The notes under the pieces were generated by a model, which was not told the origin of the DNA, ran no database searches, and saw only the letters and a program-made list of their open reading frames with translations. From assembly GCA_036786375.1 (NCBI GenBank), contig DAIQRJ010000007.1, positions 1,206 to 65,205 of the forward strand: DNA of 64,000 nucleotides. The letters are read 5' to 3'. A program made the position numbers and the translations under genes. Source of the stretch: Actinopolymorphaceae bacterium (GTDB lineage Bacteria; Actinomycetota; Actinomycetes; Propionibacteriales; DAIQRJ01). Below, in pieces: positions 45,911-53,270 of this stretch. Positions within the stretch are counted from its first letter, which is position 1, and the number at the start of each line of letters is the position of its first letter.

Positions 45911-46666
45911 ATGTATCATACCACTGGGTTTTCTCGGGAGCACATCACCGACCTGTGCGCGTTAATCCACGCTGAAACGGTGAATGAGAGGCAGGTGTGG
46001 CCGCCCATTCTGGGGTTGTTCAAATCTGTGATTGTGGCGCTGACGTACATGCGTCGTAACCGGGTCCAGGTGGAGTTGGCCGAGACCTACGAGGTATCCC
46101 AGTCGACGATCAGTCGCGCGATTTCCGGGGTGACGCCGTTGCTGGGCACGGTGCTCAGCAAGTACGTTCCCACGGCTGACGAGCTTGACGGGCGGACACA
46201 GTACATCGTGGATGGAACCCTGCTTCCGTGCTGGTCATGGGCTTCGAGCCCGGGGTTGTACTCCGGGAAGCACAAGACCACTGGCATGAACGTGCAGGTC
46301 GCCTGCACCCTCGCCGGAAGTCTCGCGTGGATCTCCGACCCGATCGATGGACACCGGCATGACACTTATTGCCTAGGTGAATCCGGGGTCCTTCTAACGC
46401 TTGAGTCCAGCAACTGGATGGGTGATAAGGGCTACGTCGGCAACAACATGATGACGCCCATTAAGAAGCCCGCCCACCGTGACCTTCTGGACTGGGAGAA
46501 AGAATTCAACAAGCAGATCAACAAAATTCGGTATGTCATCGAGCGGACCATCGCCAACTTCAAGACCTGGCGAATCATGCACACCGATTATCGTCGACCG
46601 CTCGCAACATTCACCACAACCATCTCAACCGTAATCGCCCTGCATTTCTACGCGGCAGCTGAATAA
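45911..46666 (+). CDS. DDE transposase (HTH_Tnp_4 + DDE_Tnp_4 architecture)
   Basis: 251 aa with YIVDGTLLP, HKTTGMNVQVA and WMGDKGYVG (DDE triad context). The stop codon lies inside IRR. Confidence 0.85.
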   Translation: MYHTTGFSREHITDLCALIHAETVNERQVWPPILGLFKSVIVALTYMRRNRVQVELAETYEVSQSTISRAISGVTPLLGTVLSKYVPTADELDGRTQYIVDGTLLPCWSWASSPGLYSGKHKTTGMNVQVACTLAGSLAWISDPIDGHRHDTYCLGESGVLLTLESSNWMGDKGYVGNNMMTPIKKPAHRDLLDWEKEFNKQINKIRYVIERTIANFKTWRIMHTDYRRPLATFTTTISTVIALHFYAAAE

Positions 46667-46950
46667 CCCTCCTTCTAACGCTTGAGTCCAGCAACTGGAT
46701 GGGTGATAAGGGCTACGTCGGCAACAACATGATGACGCCCATTAAGAAGCCCGCCCACCGTGACCTTCTGGACTGGGAGAAAGAATTCAACAAGCAGATC
46801 AACAAAATTCGGTATGTCATCGAGCGGACCATCGCCAACTTCAAGACCTGGCGAATCATGCACACCGATTATCGTCGACCGCTCGCAACATTCACCACAA
46901 CCATCTCAACCGTAATCGCCCTGCATTTCTACGCGGCAGCTGAATAACCC
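46389..46950. repeat. Perfect 281-bp tandem duplication (46389-46669 and 46670-46950) of the IS 3' end
   Basis: The ORF track shows identical 62-aa (46394 and 46675, minus strand) and 82-aa (transposase C-terminus and 46699) translations offset by exactly 281 nt. The DNA reads identically by eye. The junction shares TC(C) microhomology. Confidence 0.95.
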
Positions 46951-47552
46951 TCACCGTCTCGTTCACCGAAAAGGACTACCAGGGTGTCCGTGCTGGAGAC
47001 CTTGCCTTTCACGCGCTTGACGGTTTCGCCGGCGCGGTCGGTGTAGCCGACGCTGATGGTAAGTCGACGCCGGTTTACCATGTCTGCTCCGCCCGGCCCG
47101 GTTACGACGCGGAGTACCTCGCGAACCACATTCGGGTGCTGGGCCAGACAGGTCTGCTGACCGCCCATGCCTGGAGCGTAAGGCAACGCAGCGTCGATTA
47201 TCGGAACTGGTCGCTGTTCGCCTCGTTGCCGGTGGAGCTTCCCCCATATGACGAGCAGAGAACGATCATCGCCCGCCTCAAGCAAAGGAGGGCGACGATT
47301 GGCGATCTCGTCGCACAAGTGCAGCGACTCGTCGACACCGATATGAGCGCCGCTCGGCGCTCATATCGGCGGCAGTCACAGGTCAGATCGACGTGGCGAC
47401 ATACGGAATTGACGATGCAGCTACGAGTGTCTCAGGTGAGTGAATGTGACGATCACGCTCGGAACGGACCTTGTTCGCTTGCCCGGGCATCGCTACGCCA
47501 ACTCCGCACCAGAGACAGATACGCCGCCAACCGATGAACCCAATCGGGGTGA

Positions 47553-48917
47553 TCACCCAGCACGAGCCGTTCGGTACGCGGCCAGTTCGGTCGTAAGCGA
47601 CGGCCCGAGGGCAGGTGGCGGCCGAGACTCGTAACGATGGCCCGTCGGCGTGATGATCACTCGATGTCGTGCGGTGCCACCGATGTGCCACCCGGGTACT
47701 TGATCGACCAGATTCCCTCGCTGGCACAACCCCACGCCGTTCTCAGCGCTGGTCGGGCCTCCGCGGGCATGGTCGTGCAGGTGGTCGAGGTCGCGGATCG
47801 GAGCGTCACAGTAGGGATCGCGACACACCTGATCGCGAAGCCGAATGAAGGCGGCCAGCGCCCCGCTGAAGCGTCGCCGGCGGGTGTCGATGCTGGTCAC
47901 AGTGCCGTCGATCGGGTCCGTGAGCAGGCGGCGAACCCAGGCACGCGCCCGGTTCGCGTCTTCGACATCGCCCTGAGGCGTGCCTTCGCTCGTGCGTACG
48001 TCGGCTTCCGCAGCCGCAGCCGCAGATGCCATCTGCCGTGCCAGCGCCGCCGGAATGGGTCCGTAGCCAGGAAGGTGCGCGGGCGTCTCGGTCCGACCAA
48101 GGAGCGCGTTGTCCGTCATGATGAGGCCGATCTCGAGCGGCACGCCACCTGCGAACGACTGTCCCGTCACGCGCTCGACGAGAGTGTCGGCCATGACCTG
48201 GCCCTTCGTCCGGTCGTCGCCACCGGAATGTGCTGACTCGGCCGCAGCCTTGAGCGCGGCATACACGGCGACACCCTGTTCGACCGGAACGAGCGCGCTC
48301 ACCCTGGCCATGCAGTCCGCCTGTGGACGGATCGTGACGTGCCTGTCCTTCCGCGCTCGAGCGATTCGCTTGACGGCGGCTTCGACATCGAGTTCTTGCG
48401 CGCGACGCCTGGTCGCTTGCTCGATCTGCCCGATCGACATGTCGTCCACCGAGGTGGCGAGCTCACGATCGATCTGCCGCCGATCGTCGGCCGTCAGGCA
48501 CGCGGTTTCACGCACGGCGATCGACGCGCCGAGCTCAGACACGCGCCCAGCGGCCATCGCTGCGAGTGTCTCCGGCATCTCTGTCATCAGGGCGCGAGCA
48601 TCGGCCAACCGCCGGGACGCGACCGTCGGCGATCGCTTCGTTGCGAGCCCGATCTGATCCGCGATCCCCCGGCCGCGTCGACGCAAAGGAACACCAAGCC
48701 GCTCCTGTTCATCCATCTGGGACGCGAAGAACTCGGCCGAGTCTGCGACCTGGGAAGCCGCGAGCGCAGCCACGGCACGATCCACGGCGCGAATGCGATC
48801 GATGCGCGCAGCGTCGTCCACACAACCGTGCCGCAGCGCAGCCAAAGCCTGCGCAACGACATCGACGACCGTCGAACGCAGCGTGCGTGCGTCAGATGGA
48901 TCATCGATGTCGAACAT
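47553..48917 (-). CDS. DUF222-HNH endonuclease-family protein (REP13E12-like)
   Basis: The N-terminal DUF222-like region reads AALAASQVADSAEFF...RLADARAL. The C-terminal HNH region reads RDQVCRDPYCDAPIRDLDHLHDHARGGPTSAENGVGLCQRGN. Start is at MFDIDD. Confidence 0.8.
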   Translation of the reverse strand: MFDIDDPSDARTLRSTVVDVVAQALAALRHGCVDDAARIDRIRAVDRAVAALAASQVADSAEFFASQMDEQERLGVPLRRRGRGIADQIGLATKRSPTVASRRLADARALMTEMPETLAAMAAGRVSELGASIAVRETACLTADDRRQIDRELATSVDDMSIGQIEQATRRRAQELDVEAAVKRIARARKDRHVTIRPQADCMARVSALVPVEQGVAVYAALKAAAESAHSGGDDRTKGQVMADTLVERVTGQSFAGGVPLEIGLIMTDNALLGRTETPAHLPGYGPIPAALARQMASAAAAAEADVRTSEGTPQGDVEDANRARAWVRRLLTDPIDGTVTSIDTRRRRFSGALAAFIRLRDQVCRDPYCDAPIRDLDHLHDHARGGPTSAENGVGLCQRGNLVDQVPGWHIGGTARHRVIITPTGHRYESRPPPALGPSLTTELAAYRTARAG

Positions 48918-48924
48918 GCGTTTG

Positions 48925-48953
48925 ATTCTATCCCGTCCCACCGACTTTGTCAG
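48925..48953 (-). promoter_or_regulatory. Candidate sigma-70-type promoter giving a leaderless DUF222-HNH mRNA
   Basis: The minus strand reads CTGACA-N17-TAGAAT-N7-ATG. The -10 complement is at 48925-48930 and the -35 complement at 48948-48953. Confidence 0.35.
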
Positions 48954-48974
48954 CACTTCTAGAACCGAGATTCG

Positions 48975-49282
48975 TCAAGCAGGCTTGGACAATTCACATA
49001 GTGAGCAGACGATCACCCCTTCGTCGTCGAGGCTCCACGAACCGGTGCGGATGTCGCAGTCTGTTACGCCGTCCATCTTTTCGAGTAGCCTCCGTGACGT
49101 GGCCCTGCAGCACGAGAAGAAGCTCGAGACGGAAATCTGCGACCACCTGTAGCCGAGATCCACGTGCTCCCGGACGTAGGCGGCGGGCAGGGTCGCCCGG
49201 CCCGTCCGTCGCCGTTCTTGACCCAATCCCGGCCCGTGGCCAGGCCCCGCTGGTTGCGGCGGGTCACGACCGAATCGCCCAC
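48975..49282 (-). pseudogene. Possible decayed remnant of a relaxase/RecD-like helicase C-terminus
   Basis: One frame gives VGDSVVTRRNQRGLATGRDWVKNGD. A shifted frame then gives LPAAYVREHVDLGY. These resemble the GDxVxxxRNxxxLxxxxxVxNGD and YVxxHVxLGYAxTxHxxQG blocks of TraA/TrwC-type proteins. The match is short and degenerate. Confidence 0.3.
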
Positions 49283-49300
49283 GCGCGGCGCGGAAAACAG

Positions 49301-50257
49301 ATGGGGCTCTTGATGACGTGCTTCAATGGCGACGTGACTTGGCGACAGAACGTCAACAGGGGTCTCGCACAGGTGACACGCCATCAGCTGGTTAGGGCCA
49401 ATCAACTCGAACAGCTCAAGAAGGACCTGCGGTCGGCCAAGAAACAACGCAAAGCGGTCGAGCGGGAGTTGTCGGCGGAACTCGCGGCCGCGGTGGACCG
49501 CATTCACACGCTCGAAGTGAAGCTGAAGCCGAAACCGAAGCCGAAGCCCAAGTTGCCGCCGGACTACGCGCCGGTGACCAAGCAAATCTGGGAGACCGTC
49601 CAGAAGCGGACCATGACCGGCCACTCCAAAGTGAACTTCATGGTCGACGCGATGTACTACATCGAGCGCTACCAGATTCCTGGAGCCGTCGTCGAGTGTG
49701 GCGTCTGGCGAGGGGGCTCGATGATGGCTGGTGCGATGGCGCTGCAGGAGCTGCGGGCGACCTATCGCGAGCTGTTCATGTTCGACACGTACGAGGGCAT
49801 GAGCCCTCCGACCGATCGTGACGTGCACATCTGGCACGGGCAGAGCGGTGACGAGATGCTGGCAGCCCAGAAACTCGGTGCGCCGTTGTGGGTGCCGGCG
49901 TCTCTCGAGGATGTCAAGGCAGGCTTCGAACCTCTCGGGTATCCCGAGGAGAATCTGCACTTCGTTGTCGGCAAGGTCGAGGACACCATTCCCGAACACG
50001 CGCCCGAGCAGATCGCTGTGCTCCGGCTGGATACCGACTGGTACGAGTCGACCAAGCATGAGATGAACCATCTGTACGAGCGCCTCCAGCCTGGCGGAGT
50101 CCTTATCGTCGACGACTACGGCAGCTGGCAGGGTTCGAAAGACGCCGTCGACGAATTCATGGAAGTCACTGGCGAGCCGCTCCTGCTGACGCAGGTCGGA
50201 CGCGGTCGGGTGGCGGTCAAACCTGGGCTCGTCAGCCGGTCCCAGCGCGAGGGATAG
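49301..50257 (+). CDS. TylF/MycF/NovP-family SAM-dependent O-methyltransferase with N-terminal coiled-coil/(KP)n extension
   Basis: Contains GAVVECGVWRGGS, MFDTYEGM and VLRLDTDWYESTKHEM. About 85 N-terminal residues are a charged helix followed by KLKPKPKPKPKLPP. Confidence 0.8.
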   Translation: MGLLMTCFNGDVTWRQNVNRGLAQVTRHQLVRANQLEQLKKDLRSAKKQRKAVERELSAELAAAVDRIHTLEVKLKPKPKPKPKLPPDYAPVTKQIWETVQKRTMTGHSKVNFMVDAMYYIERYQIPGAVVECGVWRGGSMMAGAMALQELRATYRELFMFDTYEGMSPPTDRDVHIWHGQSGDEMLAAQKLGAPLWVPASLEDVKAGFEPLGYPEENLHFVVGKVEDTIPEHAPEQIAVLRLDTDWYESTKHEMNHLYERLQPGGVLIVDDYGSWQGSKDAVDEFMEVTGEPLLLTQVGRGRVAVKPGLVSRSQREG

Positions 50258-50284
50258 CTCGGCCGCGAGCAGTGTTCAATCGGG

Positions 50285-50482
50285 TCAACCCCGCTGTTCG
50301 CTCCACGGGCGGGCCATCATCTCCGCCAGCCCGTCGTCGTCGATCTCGATACCGAGGCCCGGCGCGGTCGGCACGCCCACGCAGCCGTCGTCGCCCAGAA
50401 CGAACGGCGAGCGAAGATACCCGTGCCCGATCAGGGTGCGGCCGTCCTGGCGCCAGTCGTTGACCTCGTTGTGCTCCTGCAC
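50285..50482 (-). pseudogene. C-terminal stub of an enolase-superfamily (mandelate racemase/dehydratase-like) gene
   Basis: 65-aa ORF ending ...GDDGCVGVPTAPGLGIEIDDDGLAEMM, the typical C-terminal xPxxPGLGxExD block. No upstream barrel-domain coding is present. Confidence 0.55.
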
Positions 50483-50504
50483 CAGGAAGTTCGGAATGGC
50501 GGCA

Positions 50505-51350
50505 TCAACCGATCTTGGGTTCCACCGGCTTCTGGTAACGACGCTTCAGGATCGCCCGTCGTCTCGTCCCCTCGGCGTTGCGGCCCTTCTCGATGACGAC
50601 CAGGTTGTGGTAGGCGTGCACCGCCTTCACGTTCAGGTCGGAGTACGACGGGTCGTACTCCTCGTCGACGTATTCCTCGTAGTTGAGGCCGTCCACGAGA
50701 TCCTTCACCAGCGCCATCGTGGTCTGCGGGTCGTGACGGTCCTCGCTGCCACCGATCTCCGGCCAGTAAGACGTCTGGGTGTCCTCGATGGCGTAGATGC
50801 CACCGTCGGCCAGCAACGGGAACAGGACGCGGAAGGTCGTCCGGATGTGCCGCGACCGGTGGCTCCCGTCGTCGATGATCACCCGCAGGTCGTCCGCGTC
50901 CGCCGCGATGCGCGCGAGCAGTTCCTCGTCGGTCTGGCTCCCCGTGTAGGTGCGGATTCGCGGCTCCTCGACGAAGCTCTTGTCCTCGATGTCGAGGCCG
51001 ACGATCTCTGCCTTCGGGAAGAACGCCTTCCACATCCGCAGCGACGCGCCACCCGCGCCGTCGCGTCGGTACCCGCCTATCCCTACCTCGAGCAGCGTGA
51101 ACCGCTTCGAGCGCAGGTGCCGGAGGTGATGCTCGTAGCGTTCGGTGTAGTGATGGATGCTCACCTTGTCGGTCTTGAACTCCCGGCCGAGCTCAGTGAG
51201 GGTGCGCGCCGACCGCTTCTTGACCGGGGAAGGCGGCCGGGCCGGCCGGGTGGCCGCCCTGACCACTGCGCGCAACCGACGCCAGGCCGATTCCCCGACG
51301 ATCGGCTTGACGGTCTTGACCGCGACGGCCTTCACGAACGTGTTCACCAT
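50505..51350 (-). CDS. Class I SAM-dependent methyltransferase (sugar O-methyltransferase-like)
   Basis: Contains ELGREFKTDKVSIHHYTERYEHHL, LLEVGIGGY (motif I), VIIDDGSHRSRH and LADGGIYAIED. The ATG is preceded by GGGAG. Confidence 0.8.
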   Translation of the reverse strand: MVNTFVKAVAVKTVKPIVGESAWRRLRAVVRAATRPARPPSPVKKRSARTLTELGREFKTDKVSIHHYTERYEHHLRHLRSKRFTLLEVGIGGYRRDGAGGASLRMWKAFFPKAEIVGLDIEDKSFVEEPRIRTYTGSQTDEELLARIAADADDLRVIIDDGSHRSRHIRTTFRVLFPLLADGGIYAIEDTQTSYWPEIGGSEDRHDPQTTMALVKDLVDGLNYEEYVDEEYDPSYSDLNVKAVHAYHNLVVIEKGRNAEGTRRRAILKRRYQKPVEPKIG

Positions 51351-51381
51351 GGCATCTCCCTGCCGGTCGGGTCGGGCCGGA

Positions 51382-53176
51382 TCATGTGTCGAGGGCCGCC
51401 AGGATCTGTTCGAGCACGACCCCTTCGTCGTCGAAGTCGAAGGTGAAGCCGCTGTGGAACGCTTCGTTGCTCCAGCCACCGGCCGGATGCCGGAGGTCCG
51501 GCGTCGACCAGATCTCGTCCGTCCGGTGGCCTCGGACGGCACTGATCATGTACTCGTTGGTGGACGTGTACGACTCCGGGGCAATGGTGATCACCCGCTT
51601 GGGCGACTCGCAGTACGCCAGCGAGAACATCCCGCTGCCCGCGAACCCGGCAACGACGTCGGCCCGGCGGAACGTCTCCAGCCTGCTCGGACAACGACAG
51701 GTCCTCGGGGTAGAGAACGGCGAAACCGTGTGCCGCGAACAGGTCCTCGAGCTCGGTCGCGTTGTGACATGGCCGGGTCGGAGCCGGCCGACGGGAGACG
51801 AAGATCCGGCTGGGATAGTCGCCGCCGGGCGCGCCCGCCGCCAGTGTGCGGCCGACGTCGTTCCACACGCCCTCGATCGAGGGATGCACGTAGCTCGGCA
51901 TCGAGAACATCGGGGTGGCGGCGACGAGTTTCTCGACCCGGACCGGACCGACGAACGTGACGAGGTCCTCCTCGTCGATACCGGCGACGCGCAGCAACTC
52001 GACCTGCCACGAGGCGACGCCGGCGGCGTTCCTCGCGAGCGACATCAGCGCCTTGAGTTCGGGATGCTCCCGCTTGGCCTGTGGCCACGCCCACATCCGC
52101 GACAACTGTTCGGTCATCACGTGGCCGAAGTGCCCACGCCATTCCAGGTCGAGGTAGAAGTACGCACCGTCGAGGTGGTCCGTCGCATCGGCGACGCGGG
52201 GGTCCTGTGCGAACCCGGGCGCGAGGTCGATCGTCCAGCGGTTCGTCAGGCGTGGGTACTGGTTGTGCCGGAAACTGTCGGGCAGGAGCAGGTTGTCCTG
52301 CACCACGACCTGACCCTCGGTGCACACGACGTCGTTGTACTCGCGCACCGACATGGCCGGCACGGCGAACTCCTGCGGGCGACGGTGGTCGCTGCGTTCC
52401 GCACCGGTCAGCCGGACACCACGCGACTGGAACGTCTGACCGGGGATTGTGGCAAGCACCCGGCCGGCGGCAGGCTTCGCGGCGAGGACTCGGTTCATCT
52501 CGTCCTCGCGCAGCTTCGCGAAGGCGTTGACCTGACTCCGGAGAACGAGATGACGCTCGCCGATGGTGATCTCGCCGATGGACTTCGCCAGCATGGCCTG
52601 GTCCCGCTGGGCACCGAACACGCGCGACGCGTCCTGGTGCCGGTCACGCAGGAGTTCGCCCAGGAACGGCATCAGGTCACCGCGAGGCGCGTGCGAACGA
52701 CGGTGATCGGGCTCGGAGCGATGGTCGCGTGCCACGAATGCGCCGCCGGCACGGAGATGGAAGAACGTGTCGCGGAGCAGGCGCAGGTGCTGGTCACCGT
52801 GCCTGGTGTCGTCCAAGAGGACGTCGAACGGGCCGCCGGCGGCGAGCTGCGTGTGCAGGGCAGACCGGTTGGCCCCGATGTCGAACGTCTGAACTCTCGC
52901 CGCCGGATACGCGGCCGCGACGATCCCTCCGATGGGGGTCGGGTGGGCCCCGACGACGAGCGCCACATCGGCGGCCGAGTGCGCTCGGAGCACGAGATCC
53001 AGATCAGCCAGGAAGGACTGCTGCGGGCCGTGGAGGCTCCAGCCGGCGGCCCGGGCCGCGTCCGCGAGAGTCGGGGTAGATTCCTGCCCGGAGTCGCCAC
53101 GGTTCGAGGTCACCTGCTGCAGCAGCGAGCGCCACCGACCTGGCCGGCTCGGAGGACGGATCGTCCGCGTCGTCAC
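51382..53176 (-). pseudogene. Fused methyltransferase-like / GT61 (DUF563) glycosyltransferase, with one frameshift near 51681-51684
   Basis: The GT61 core reads YFYLDLEWRGHFGHVMTEQLSRMW...IFVSRR...CHNATELEDLF...YPEDLSLSEQ. It continues in another frame as LETFRRADVVAGFAGSGMFSLAYC...(ORF 51382..51630). The N-terminal ~230 aa parallel the neighbouring methyltransferase (VLLDDTRHGDQHLRLLRDTFFHLRAGGAFVARD). The GTG start is preceded by GGGGAG. Confidence 0.75.
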
Positions 53177-53270
53177 AGTGCGCTCCCCACATGAGAATTG
53201 GTCGAACGTAGCCCGGTTCGCAGGCTCGTCAAAACTGCCTGGCCGAGCGGACGCGATCGGGCCTTCGGCC

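Larger units (their letters stand above)
45792..46952 (+). mobile_element. IS5-superfamily (DDE_Tnp_4-type) insertion sequence, 880 bp plus an internal 281-bp tandem duplication
   Basis: IRL is GAGGCTTATTCA (45792-45803). IRR is TGAATAACCCTC (46941-46952), the reverse complement of GAGGGTTATTCA, an 11/12 match. It is flanked by the direct repeat ACC (45789-45791 and 46953-46955). Both ACC copies are in-frame Thr codons of hsdS. Confidence 0.8.
45399..47443 (+). pseudogene. hsdS: Type I restriction-modification specificity subunit (HsdS) remnant: N-terminally truncated, split by an IS, frameshifted near the 3' end
   Basis: Central conserved repeat VPPLSDQIGIADFLDGEIAKIDRL lies at ~45.5 kb. 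TRD2 resumes in frame after the IS (TVSFTEKDYQGVRAGDLAF...LPVELPPYDEQRTIIARL). The canonical C-terminus YERRSALISAAVTGQIDV is in a different frame from ~47336. Confidence 0.8.

Noticed and set aside
46699-46947. The 82-aa ORF (and the 62-aa antisense ORFs at 46394 and 46675) as separate genes.
   Set aside because: They are by-products of the 281-bp duplication of the transposase 3' end, not independent coding units.
53177-53270. An intrinsic terminator downstream of guaB3 (GGCC-GAA-GGCC stem, nearby TTTT).
   Set aside because: The stem is only 4 bp and the T-run is not adjacent. That is too weak to call.
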